This document shows, piece by piece, positions 37,174-49,800 of a stretch of DNA of 64,000 bases. A program made the position numbers and the translations under genes. This DNA is from Convolutriloba macropyga. Lineage: Eukaryota. The stretch spans positions 32,984,001 through 33,048,000 of the forward strand of contig NC_134481.1 in assembly GCF_964194025.1 (NCBI RefSeq), written 5' to 3'. A model generated the notes under the pieces. It saw only the letters and a program-made list of their open reading frames with translations, did no database searches and had not been told where the DNA came from. Each line of letters opens with the position of its first letter. Positions within the stretch are counted from its first letter, which is position 1.

Positions 37174-40093
37174 AAAACAAGGAGGCTCGGTAATGTGCGT
37201 ACGCACATAATGTTCCGACCCCACTCATCCACATTCTTGACATAATTGGCTACCAAATGAAGAGATAGAGAACTCAAAAACAAGCATACCGTTCAATAAA
37301 CAACCAATGAAATACAATAATGCCACGCTAGAGGGCCGATGTAAGTTGTTGGTAATATGACTACTAGAAAAAACATTAATAAAAATCTAACAACAAACAT
37401 TATTTACGACCAAAACTTGATGTCTATAACAAAAAAAACCTGAACAAAATGATACTCGCATCAGATAAAACCCAAACAAAACAATTTGAGCTAAATTTAA
37501 GCTATTAGAAAAGATATGGGACCAGTCCTCAATGCGACTGGATAACAGGTTGACAAACAAGAGCAAAGAGGTGCGAAGTTCAAAAATACGTTTCTATTTT
37601 TGAAAACAATTAATATAACAAATATTAATATCGTCAGATATCAACGGAAATCACTAAATGTTCATGTAAATCTCTATGGCTAGCAATTGAGACACCTCAT
37701 CACCAGTGTTCAATTGCGCAAAGTTTTAAAGCTAATGGGACCTACAATTATTGTTACAAATTAAAAAGAAAACAAAAATCCTTTAAATTATAAAAAAATA
37801 TATAAAAATCATTATATTACATGTTATGAAATCTCGAAGTAACAGTAGTAACAAAGCCGAGAAGCAAATGTTTGAAGCTAAAACCGTTCGAATGATTAAA
37901 TTATAGCTCACTGGAAACGGTTTGTGACCTAAATTTACTGAGACTGAGCTACAAATCGATCGAAAAACTATGTTTTTCAAATTCATTTAGGAGTTCAACA
38001 GAAAGCATGGATAAAATTGCAACACCTCGGGAAGTCAACATAGCCTGCTAATAATCAGACTAAGTTACGACCCCACAAAAAAAAACAAATACAGAAAGAA
38101 GCCAAAACCTCAAACAATTTTACGACATCACACTGTCCAAGGCACTATAATTATAAATTGTTACCCACAAGAAGTGTAAATCATCACTTTCTCCTTGTCT
38201 TCCTCATAGAGGGATTACGTAGACGTGCCAAAAAGAAACCAAAAAACTGAACATAATAGAAATCTCTAAAAGTTTTTATGAAGCAAAATGGTCAAAGCAA
38301 CCAGTCATAACATATAACCAAGAGCAAGAAACGCTTGAATGAACACAAGTAACTGAGATTTTTGCAGATGGTGACGAATTATGGAGATTGAGTGACATGG
38401 TGACGAAAATGAAAGCACAAAGGAGACAGTTGAAAACAAATTTTTTAAAGTTTAATTTGAAAGTCATTAAAACAAAAAACTATTAACTGAAATCTTTAAC
38501 TAGATTAAGTTAGGTCATGATGAAACAATTGAGGTCTATCTTCATCAGTTATATGACGTACAACAGCAAAAACAAAGAAAAACCTAGGCAAAAATAAAAA
38601 ATCCACTAAATTTTTTTAGATAACTGTGTCTCAGCCAAAAGGTATAAATAATAAAGAAAAAAATTAATCTATTCAGAAACGCCTTTTTTCAACGCTTAAA
38701 ATTTTTTCCACTATGCTTTTCTACGATTGAAATTGTCAATAATGTAACAATTCGGCAGGAAAACAGAATGAACTCATAAAATACGCAATTATGCAAAAAA
38801 AATAAAAAAAATTGGAAAACAAGGAAATCATTAGTTGAATAAAAAACCGTTATCGTCATTATTTTATGACTCCCACGAAATCTGTTTTCGCCTGTTTTTG
38901 CTGAGACTGTACTCGAAGTTGAGAGAAATAAGATGAAATATTGAAAGTTTCAAAAAATCACCGATATTTTCTTAAAACAAAGATATTCAAAGTCATAACA
39001 GACATTCGGTAACAACTGAAAGAACTCTCTAGGTTCAATTATACCTCTTGAAAAACTAACTGTATCTTTGATTGGAGACACTACGTCATTGGGCTACAAA
39101 AAGTAGAACAAATGAAAGCAAAACTCAAGAAGTCCATAAAACTTTTACGAAAACCTTTAGTCACAGCCATAAAAACCATGAGCTTAACTCTGAAGCCAGA
39201 ATATAATCTCGTTGGATCTCGTTTATTGTAAATAGTGTCTGTGATTAATTGAGCCCTGATCTAAAATTCTTGTCTTTGTTGAACGTAAAAAACACTTACG
39301 TAGCGGAAATATTCTGAAAAAAGTTCGCGACCCATTAAAATCTAATTTTTTATCGTAAGGATCCATGATGAGATTAAGATCAGCCCAGATACCGCTGGGA
39401 GTGTAGCAAAACACCCAATTTTTCAAGTGGTTGCAAAAAAGATCAATTTTTGAACAAAATTTTATTGTTTGTCAAAACTAAATAATGCATTTTGTACAAT
39501 TATCGAGTTTAAATTTGCCAAAAACTGGCAAAATTTTCATTTCAGCAGACTTTATAAGACGGTGGGAGTATAACTAGCTCTTTTTTGAGGTTAACAAGAA
39601 TATGACCGCAGATTAAAGGTATATACTTCCCTCAAATTTAAAGCAAGTGGGCTAAAATAGCAAATTTGGTCATATTTTTGACGAAAGTCTAAATTTTGAA
39701 AAATTTAGCAAAAATTTTAACCAAAAAACTCAGATCAAACAATTCAGCAACCCTCCTCTGTCGTTAGACATAAAGTCAATATGACTAAATTTAAAATTTT
39801 TCACATTTTACCAAAATTGACAAAAATTTGATCAAAAATACCGAAAATGTGAATAAAAATAGCTGAATTACGTCTAATATACGTCTGATAAAACTTTAAA
39901 CCTCGATAACTCCCTATAAAAAGCGATAATTGAAAAAATCTTTTTAATTCCATATTCTACGCTGGACGGGCTTTCTAATGATACCACTCACAACTCTCTA
40001 CGATGATTATATCGATCGGCCAAAATTGACTGAACAAAAAAAAACCATTTGAGTATATAGTTCCTCCCCCACTAAAGTGGGTCGGAACAAAAA
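37174..40093 (-). mobile_element. Helentron/DINE-1-like family 1, copy C (~2.9 kb)
   Basis: AAAACAAGGAGGCTCGGTAATGTGCGTACGCACATAATGTTCCGACCCC ... TAGTTCCTCCCCCACTAAAGTGGGTCGGAACAAAA. Reverse-colinear with copy A. Confidence 0.78.
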
Positions 40094-40214
40094 TGAGCCG
40101 ACAAATTTAAAAAGGTGAAGTTTTCAATGTTCTAAAAGAATCTTCTTTCTTTTTAAATACAAATAGCGGCTAAATAAAAGTAACAAAAATTCACAATTTC
40201 TAACGGTAACCATT

Positions 40215-40625
40215 TACGGTAACTACTTCTGTTCCAGGTCGAAGTATCTCAACAATGCGCTGCGAAGGCGTTTTCAGGGAGCTTTCTGACAGCAAAGTGC
40301 GGAGTGCTGATTTTGGCGTGTACTAACAATCTCTATGATAGAAATTATACACGATTAAAGAGTCCAATAGAAACTTCCGACCAATTGTACATTCTGTTTC
40401 AAAGGCTCAAATTGCACGATCAACATGTCTCTGTTGTGTAATTGATAGATCGGAAAAAAAACAAGCTATTGCAAGGCTCATTACTCTTATCGACACGCTG
40501 TCAGAAAGTTGCATGTTCCATTTGTTATTCTGAAGAAATTGATACCTGCCAAGCACTTTTACCATGATGGACTACATCCAAACCAGAGCAACATCAGAGC
40601 TTGCGTCAGATTTCTATCGAGCCAT
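40215..40625 (+). pseudogene. Degraded SGNH/GDSL esterase-like fragment, probably from ORF1 of a CR1/L2-type LINE
   Basis: Fragments VPGRSISTMR, ACTNNLYD and KHFYHDGLHPN occur in SGNH block II/III/V order, with frameshifts. Confidence 0.5.
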
Positions 40626-41002
40626 CAAACACTTTCTAATGTGCGCAGACAGTATTGATGTGCGCAGGGTTAGTGCTGAACGTATGTTTTCATTTTAACA
40701 ACGTTGATCGAATAGGACAGAATTTTATGCAAAGTACTCGGTTAGAGTTGAAAAGTTTCAAATCAAATACCCAGCAAGACCGAAATAGAACAAAAAGAGC
40801 CCGGTTAGGGTTAGAGAAACTTTGCTACGAATTCTGTTCACCCCTTTTTATTTGTGTACAAAAGCTGCGAAAAAGATAAACGAACTACATTTGTGAGATT
40901 AAATCAAAACTTCATTGTGCCACTAAAAGCAAAATAATACCTTCGTTTGAGATCATCTAAAAGATTTGCCAGATTTTTAACATGTTAAATTATGATCTTA
41001 TG

Positions 41003-41382
41003 CTAATAATTTTGGTTTACCTTAGTTGTTTGATTGTTTCTCGTGATGTTCAAATCTTCCAGTCTTTTTATAGCCGCGGCACGACCCATATGAAGCCTAG
41101 TAAAGTTTTCAGGGATTCCAATTTGCTCCAAAGTACGACACTCGGCCAGGCTTGGCTCCAAAACGCGTTCGTCACTTTGGAGCAGTTCTCTCCAAAACGA
41201 GAGCTTTCTAACATTTCCGTCATACGGTGGAATCAGAACATCTATAAACCCGACCGGCTCATTCTCTGACGCAACAACAGTATGGAAATTATCAATCTTG
41301 GGATCAAAATTGAAAACTTTATCAACCGTTGCCCTACCAATTGTTGTCACTGGCCTTTTCAATTCTTTCCCATCAGTGATCT
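41003..41382 (-). CDS. ADO: 2-aminoethanethiol (cysteamine) dioxygenase, exon 3 (probably terminal)
   Basis: attattag|AG acceptor in phase 1. PKIDNFHTV (third iron His) and GFIDVLIPPYD are PCO_ADO family motifs. Stop TAG at 41003-41005; an alternative AAG|GTAAAC donor near 41020 is possible. Confidence 0.85.
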
Positions 41383-41525
41383 CTAATAATTAAACAAAAC
41401 TCGAAACACAAAACAACACGAAAAAATTAAATTCTGGGAGTTCTGAATTATTTGAGAGCTAAACAATTTATTGCAGGAAAAGAGAGCATTACCGAAAATG
41501 AGACCGACTAAGACCTTAAAAAAAT

Positions 41526-41601
41526 CACAGAACGTGATTCCATAGCTGAATTTCACTTAGAAGCTTCTAAAGGATATTGAGCTATGGAATCACGTTCTGT
41601 G
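41526..41601. repeat. 76-bp palindromic element (22-bp perfect inverted repeat) in ADO intron 2
   Basis: CACAGAACGTGATTCCATAGCT ... AGCTATGGAATCACGTTCTGTG with a central TTAGAAGCTTCTAA palindrome. Confidence 0.85.
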
Positions 41602-41926
41602 CTAGCACTCTAATTCAAGTTCAAGAAATTAAACACTTTCTTTCAATTAGCCATTTATCTTGATACAAAAGCGATCATTTTCAGTGGTCTCTTGTTGGTA
41701 GTAGTAATACCGTTTGCCAATGAGGCTGACTCATTTCAATATAATACAGCAAAAAATTCCTTAAAAGGAAAACAAACTGACCGAAAATTCCATAAAAATA
41801 CACCAAAAAATACTGCTTCGTTTTCCACCAAATGATGAGTATTTGGTAAAATTAATGTAAATGGTCCATTTCAAAAAGATCGTATATGGGAAAGAACAGG
41901 CCTCTTTATAACATGGACCAAATCAC

Positions 41927-42138
41927 CGGCATAGAAAATTCTGTCATCAATTATGTTGTACGCGTCATCCTTTGAGTCGAATGTGTAAGACTGTACATTG
42001 CCACTTCCCATGACGTGCTTCATAAAGCCATACATGTAGGGGTGGTTGTGGAGAGGGATGGCTCGGCCAGGTTTGACTCCGAACGCGATGATACTGATTT
42101 CTTTGCTCTCGAAGAGCTCAATTCGTGTGACGTCTTCT
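41927..42138 (-). CDS. ADO: ADO exon 2
   Basis: tttag|A GAA acceptor and G|GTGATT donor. EDVTRIELFESKEISIIAFGVKPGRAIPLHNHPYMYGFMKHVMGSGNVQSYTF contains the HxH iron motif. Absent from the ORF track. Confidence 0.88.
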
Positions 42139-42529
42139 CTAAACTACTGACAAATTTAAAACATAGCCCGCAAATAGCCACCGTTGACCCCATTGACGCA
42201 TATCGTGATTGAAACAGAAAGAAAAAAATGCACAGATTTTTCTAGGTGTCACAAAGTTTCAGTTAGATTCTTAAACTATATACTTAACTCAGCTTCTAAC
42301 AAGCTTAATAATAACGTCAGCTAGCAAAAGCTCTTATGAACTTTGATAACCTAATGCACTATAACTTTTCGGTTTCTACCGTTTTTTTTTATTTTGCTGT
42401 TTTGACATTGACCGTATTCATTACATTACGTAATCCAATAAATGAGAGCATTTAAAATCCGTTCAGTTGAAACAGTGAGTGCAACTGGTCAGAAGTCAAC
42501 CGTGAAAACCGTGACTTATGTACAATGAA

Positions 42530-43045
42530 AAACATAGCCGACTAACGTCGGGCGAATTGCTCTCAAACGACCAGTTGGCTTCGTCAGTAGCTAGCCACGG
42601 TGTAGTGAGGTTAGCTTCAGCTTAATTGAAGGGGCGTAAGGTGAGCGCAGCAGGGGGAACAGTGGAGGTGGGCAACGGTGGGAGGGCGTTTTTTGTCTAC
42701 ACGGTTCCCTTACGACCTGAACAATGAGTAACTTAATTTAAGAGAAAACATAAATGGAAGATTGCCAGAAAATAGCCGCAAACCTGCAAAAATATGTGCA
42801 GTGGTGGCGATATTGGGGAGGCATAAGTATAAATCTCCAAAACAGTTTGTGAACCGCATACTTGGAGAATAGTGAGCTGAAAGGCTCTAAGAGAACTTAA
42901 TGCCCAATGAGCGCTACCTGTTTATCCCGTTTTTGAGGACGAAAAGTCAAATGGGTCAAATGAAAAATCGGTCAAGCAAAAAATCGCATAAAAAAGACCC
43001 ACAGCACTAATATAATTGCTACAAAGTTTGTTTTAGAGCAATGAA
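42530..43045 (-). mobile_element. Helentron/DINE-like family 2 copy nested in another repeat
   Basis: AACATAGCCGACTAACGTCGGGCGAATTGCTCTCAAACGAC ... AATTGCTACAAAGTTTGTTTTAGAGCAATGAA. Confidence 0.72.
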
Positions 43046-45832
43046 CCGTGATCAAAAGGCATAGCGAACTGAAAAACCAAGCACGTCCTCCTGAATTACA
43101 ACTAAAGAACGAAATCAACTATTCAAGAAGCCTGGACAAAAAAATTAAGTTCTTAATTTTGATATACTGATATTGAGGTCTTGGAAATCAATCAAAATTT
43201 AAAAGATTTAATAAAAATCAATTGATCTTCTAATTGCAATACCAATGCATGAATTGTATTTTATTTCACCAGATTTAGAGCAAAAATATCTTTTCGCGAT
43301 TATTGTTGCAACATTTATTCAAAATAAAGGAATATATATGCGAAGCCGGTTTTCAGTCAAATTTTTATTTTTGTTTACGCATCGTAGAGAAAAGAGGAAA
43401 ACCATTGACTAGACGTTTGAGGCTAGTTTTGACTTCTATGAATAAAACTAAAATTTTTTGCTCGTTGTTTCAACAAAAGCTGTTTAAAAAGGGAAAAAAT
43501 GATTAAAGGACAAGGATATTCAAATATTAAGATATATTAATATATTTGAAAGAAATCTTGACATTGAATTATACAATAATAAATTTATCGGTGATAATAA
43601 AACCTTGTTTGCAAACAAAACGAAGAAAAAATTTCCTTACATAAAAGTTAAATAGCTGAGAAAAATTTTATTAAAAACTTTCAATTTCCCTTTTATTGAA
43701 ACCTTAAAGGAGTTTTAAAACTATTTGTTGACTTATTAGTTCTCCTATTTTCATTTACCAGAAGCCGTCTCCAAATGAAAAATTTGGATATAACTTAGGT
43801 GCAACCAATCTACAGTAAACAATTTTGCTAAAAACCCAACGAAGTTGAACTATTCCGCTAATCTCTTGGAACAAGTTAATTTCGTCTGAAAGAAAAAGCT
43901 GCTTTACAATAGACTAGTTGATTTATCGGCAAAGCTATGGGAACAATTTCAATTTTTCGGATTGAGATAGATCAAAAGTTTTATAAATAAACAATAACTT
44001 AATTCAGAAAATTCTGATGTGAACCCTAAGTCGCAACCCTGCTAACATTTCATTTAAAAATTGATTTGATTGAGAAGTCACAAGTCAACAAATATTGGAT
44101 ACTGGAGACGAGGACAAGAGAAAACAACGTGATAAAAAGATTTTTTTGCTAATCCATTTTCCGTTGATTGTTCCTGATGCTTCAGATCACGATAGAATTT
44201 AAGTTTTCCGTCAGCCTCATGGGTTGACCGCCTATTTAATTCAACTCAAAGCGTGAAAAATAATCAGTAAATATTAATTGAAACAAAAAATAGGAAACTG
44301 AATTTACGAAAATTTTCTTGCAAGCTAAGCTATACCTCGCAAGCTCTTTTAATTGCAAAACCCCATATGTTTATGTGTTAATATGACATAAAACAACATA
44401 ATTGGTTCTTCTGAACATGAATAGCCAAATTGATGCGGGGAAATCGTAACAACACGAACAGAAAAGAACACAGTAATTTGCGAAAAAAACGAAAAGAATA
44501 TTATATTTGTAAACACCGTAAATTTCATACTTTTTTCCCGTTTCTCATGTAAAAAAGTGAATGTTGAATAAGTTTTTTTGCTTTTATAAATTAAATTGTT
44601 CAAAATTAGAAACTGCCCGAAAATAGGACCAATGAATTGCAAACAATTATAAACAGAGTTCGTACTCGTAACACAAAACTTGACATAAAGAACAACCGGA
44701 ACTTTTGATGACATCTTGATATTCTAACATCTTGTTCAAAAAACGTTTGAACTAGATCTTGACTTTATCAAATATTTAAAGATTTTTAATCACAAATTAA
44801 TTATAGTAAATAAAGAAAAGTCATTTATTTCTTGATTACATTCAGCGTGTAAACTCATCGCATCAAATTCTTGCTGCAAATTACTGTGTTTGTTAAGATG
44901 TTTTTGCGACTGATTGATCTTGTTGAACTATAACCTTTTGAGGAGCTGCTTTATGTTGCAAAATAAATGACAGTGGTTCAGGTATATCTCTTAAAATTAT
45001 ACCAAAATGAGGGCTGTTATTTTGTTTCAAGTGTGCATATTAAAGAACGTTCTAATAAGGTTGCTCCCCTAAAATTGCTTCAATTTGAGACTTACAAAAC
45101 TGATACTTAAAGGAGCTTTTCTTCTCAGAACAAAGGCAAACATGGGATGCATGTTGGAACACTCTGTGCTACGCAGAATCTCGCATGAGCCGTCTTGTTT
45201 TCTATTATTAATAGCAACCTGTCTACCTAGAAATCAAACACACGCATAGACTCGAGAAGGTCCGTTATAAATCGTAGAAATCAAGCGCAAACAATCACAA
45301 AAACATCCCACTATTCTTTTTGAAAAATGTGATCAAATCATTACACTCAAAAACTTCAAGCGAAAAACTGTGATAGAAACTGCTGAAAACTGTCTTTTAA
45401 TCTGTAAGCCAACATAAAAACCATTTCGTCCCTCAAAAATTATCAGATATCTACGACACACTTCACGGTTTATAACTTCAAAATCGATTACCTAACCAAA
45501 CAGTGTCAAGATTCCGCCAACAACAAGCCACTTGTACAATTTCAAAAACCTCACCTTTGCAATATACCGAATCATTTACCTTCAAAATCATTCATTAGAT
45601 TTTCATAGAAGTATGATTGACTTCAAATATACGAAGATAATATATTTCGACAAAATTAGGAAGACAGTTTAAAATAACAATCTTCACTGCAATGATGGTA
45701 CCTTGCGAAATTTTCAGACGAAAATAAGGGACAAAAAGGAACCATAATGATCATGAAAAAAAGTGCAGCTAAGAACAGCCCGCTCTGGCCTAATGCTATT
45801 CTGCTGCGATAACGCGGAACCAGAACTTTTTC

Positions 45833-46760
45833 TGTGGCGGCTGAGCTTACTAACTCAATTACCAAATTGAATAGCGCTTCAAGGCCATTTCAAGCCTTAA
45901 AGCTAGAATAGCGTGACAAGCGAAATTTAATGCTACATTCTATCGAAGCCAAACGGATTTGTTCATTTCGTTCAACATTTATATTTAGCAACTATTATTA
46001 GTACACAATCGTCATTCATGAAGTAAAACTCAAACTCGAACTACCTAAACCACCAGCAAAACAATACTACGACTTAACAGTATTGCATCAGATTCTTTGC
46101 GATTGGATTGCGAATCAACCTGTTATTGATACAGAATATTCGACAAAAAGTTCTACATGGTTAACAAACTTCCCATGACATCAAATTTAAACTGAAAAGG
46201 TGACGTTATGGAAAAGTGTTCACATTCTGTCGACATTATTATCTACAACTAATCAACAGTTGAATTTGACATGTAAATCCACATGACTAGCAGCATAAAA
46301 GGAGCTTGAAAAACTACCAAAAATCAGTTGAAACTTGCAATTTTGGTTATATTAAACTGACATACAGTGCGTATTGAAGCACACTTTCTTGAGCGGTAAA
46401 TTAGTTGTTATCGTGTCTTGTTTCTGTAGATCATATTAGTGATTGTACAGTTTTAACTTAACTTTGACTTGTGAATCGAGAATTAACTTTGATATTCTCA
46501 AAACTTTCTTTCTGGGGAACAAAGTTCCTAAAATTATTTTGTTATTCTGAGAGAAACAAGTTTGTTATACAGCAAAGCTGAGCAATTAGTTATCAGGAGT
46601 AATTGAGCAACAAGTAATGCAACGGCATTCTACAGTATAGCGGATAATACAGTTCACAAAAGTTAACTGCAAAAACAGAACATCCGGACAGATTTGAAAC
46701 CGCTGAAACGAACTGGGCGGTAAAGTTTTCCTTGACTTGGATAGGAGAGCAGCCGTTACA
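45833..46760 (+). repeat. 5' LTR (928 bp)
   Basis: TGTGGCGGCTGAGC ... GCAGCCGTTACA; near-identical to 52682-53602. Confidence 0.95.
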
Positions 46761-46809
46761 TTTGGTCCGCCGACCCGGACAGTCGAAGGCAAACTGCTGT
46801 CCAATCTGA

Positions 46810-49800
46810 TGAGTAGAGTGGCAAAGGTACCCCCCAAAGAAAATAAAACGAATCAACAGCGCAACGCCAGTGAGGCAGAGCGAAAGGTGCGAGTGCAATT
46901 CACACAACACGTTGAAGAGTTGACCTCGCTTAAAAGGAACCAGCAAAGCAAACAGCAACCAAGCACAACCAGCAGAGAGGAGCTTCAATCAACAGCTCAA
47001 AGGTACGACAAGAAGTTCCAAGATTTATTGGAAGAAGTCAACACTAAAACAGGGATTGGCTACAAAATAATTGTGAAGATTCAGATCGACCCAACAAACT
47101 AAAGGCCCTCTACTAACAGACTGTTCACCTTCTAGAGGAAGAAATATCAAGCAACTGCAGCGTCGAAACAAGCTTGTGTCCTATCAAGCTAATTTCGTTG
47201 AAGAGCATCTGAAAGAAGCAAGGAAGTGCAAAGCAAGTTTGGACTATCATTGCCTTTCATATATAGACAAAGGCACGCAACCAGCAATGAATGCAGAGCA
47301 AAGCAACGCAACCCAAGCAGTGGACGACAGCGAGAGCAACAACAACTACCCAACGGACAACCCAGTTGCTCAAACAGTGCAAAATGGAGCAACAGCAAGT
47401 GGCCAAGAGACGGAGAATGTTTCGGAAACATCATCAGCAAAGCAAAGGCGAGAGGAACGGATGAAGAAATTCGATATCGAGTTCGAAACCAAGATGCGAC
47501 TAGAACAGGCACGGTTTGAGCGAAGGAAGCTAGAGCTGGAAATGCAAATGAAGGAACTGGAAACCAAGCATCAACTACTGGAGGAAGAGCGTGAGCTAGA
47601 GCGCAAAGTGAAGAGAACAGCATTAGAGAACGATGATGCTTGTTCCCAATCAACAGGTGCTCGAGATAAATCACCCTTCAACTGGACCCCAAAGAAGAGA
47701 GATGTCTCAGACTGGGCCAGCAGGATCGACATCCTTCTAACACCAGAACGATCAACAGCTCGCTTCGAAGTAACCCCTGAAGTGAACAGGCATAGTCACT
47801 TCTCACGATATCGCAGTTCACGAGACCGGTCCTCAAGTGTTGAAGACCAAGACGTTTCCCCCAGAGCTGGTCTACGATAAAACACTGGCTATTCAGGTAG
47901 TAGTAGCCTACCAAAGCTGAAGTTGAACAACTTCGACGGAAATCCTCTCGAATGGCCGGAGTGGTCTAGTATGTTCATTGCTACAGTGGATCAACGACCA
48001 ATACCAGACTCAGAGAAGATGAGCCACCTGAAGACTCTACTGACAGGCAAGGCAAGGTCAGTAATCACTGGAATGGGCTATTCTGGACAATTCTATGGTG
48101 CTGCGTGGAGCATTCTGGAGAGGAAGTTTGGAAGGCCTCATGTGATCTTTGATGCACAACTGGAGAGTCTTCGCAAAGCAAGTCAGGTGAAACCACACAA
48201 CTCAACAGGTCTGATCAGTTTCTCAGTTACTGTTTCGAACTTTGTGAATGTGCTCAAAGAGTACAAGCCGATTGGTGATCTGCAATCGAGCTCGACACTG
48301 TATATGGCAGTAGATAAACTACCCCAAGTTCTCAGAGAAGTGGTGGTTCTATGTTGATGATAAAGATGAAGATTGGCCTGACCTGATTAAGTTTGCAAAG
48401 TGGCTATCTAGGATAGCATTCGTGCACGAAGGGTTTTCAGCTTTCAAGGGAGAGCGAAGAGAAGAAGACCGAAGAAGAAGAACAAATAGAGACAAACGGT
48501 TCTCGAAAACGTCGAACTTCAGCGCAAGTTCCAACGTGAAAGAAACGAAGCAAACGCAAAGTGATCACTGTCCGCTAGCTGATGGCACTCATAAAATATG
48601 GAACTGTCCAATATTCAGGAACATGAGTGTGAATGATCGGTACGCAGCAGTGAGAAAGCAACGCTTATGTTACGGATGTCTAGGCAAAGGACATGCAATC
48701 AAAGATTGTAAAGTCAATGCGTGCGGCATCAATGGATGCATCAAGAAGCAAAACCGATTGCTACACTCAGAAAATCAAATGGACGAGGGCGATCACGCAG
48801 TCAACGTAAGCGCAGCAACAATCAATCAGAGTAACGAAGTTACAAGCTTTCTTCAGATAGTTCCTGTCTCAATACAGAGCGGTGGCAACAGGTTTAACAC
48901 ATATGCTTTCCTCGATAGTGGATCAACGGTTTCATTCATCGATCAAAGTGTGCAAGAGAAGTTACGAGCCCAAGGCACCGATGTGACACTCAACATAGCT
49001 GGCATACACGGAACAAAGGATCTGAAGACAGAAAAGGTTCTCCTCAAAATAAAGGGACTACATTCAAAGGTGCATTCAATCGAAGCGTTTGCACACCCGT
49101 CAATCTCATTGGGAAACACAAACTACAACTACAATAAGCTGAAGCAAAGCTTCAATCACTTGAGTGTTTTACCGACAAAAACTTTAACTTGATGGAAGTT
49201 GGCATCATCCTTGGTCAAGATGCTTACGAGCTACAGCGCCCATTGGACTATAAGATAGGAACACGAAGTGAGCCTTTCGCCGTTCTAACAGAATTAGGAT
49301 GGGTAGTCAGTGGACCCATGACTGGCAAAAGAAGACAAAACGTTTGTCATTTCGCCTTCACTGAAGATGTGAAAGTGGCTGAGAATATCCAAACCTGGTG
49401 GGACATAGAAACCTATGCTTCCAAAATCAACGTTGTCAGTCAGTCAAAGAAGGAACTGCAGGCACAGAAGATGCTAGAGAGTACGACAAAGTTCACAGGC
49501 GAGCGGTACGAAGTGGGAATGCTGTGGAGTGAACCAGAGCCAAACCTACCGAACAACTACAGCTCAGCCCTGGGTCAGCTTTACTCACTGGAGCGAAGAT
49601 TCCAAAGGGACCCCAATCTGAAGATTTTGTATCAACAGTCAATAGATACAGATGTAGAAAAAGGATTCGTAAAGATAGTGGACGAGTCCGTAGTGAACGG
49701 CACCTTCGGGAAAGAATGGTATTTGCCACACCATCCAGTGCTAAACCCGAAGCCTGGCAAAGTAAGACGTGTTTGCAACGCTGCCTCCAAGTACAAAGTA

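Noticed and set aside
509-40093. Giant transposon (Maverick-like) bounded by inverted ~3-kb TIRs
   Set aside because: Each 'TIR' is a complete family-1 element with its own two ends, two further copies exist, and the interior holds housekeeping genes with no integrase, polB or capsid.
43759-43885. Extra ADO exon (cag|..TG|GTAAAT)
   Set aside because: Splicing it to exon 2 creates TGA and the peptide is not ADO-like; exon 54644-54819 joins exon 2 directly in frame.
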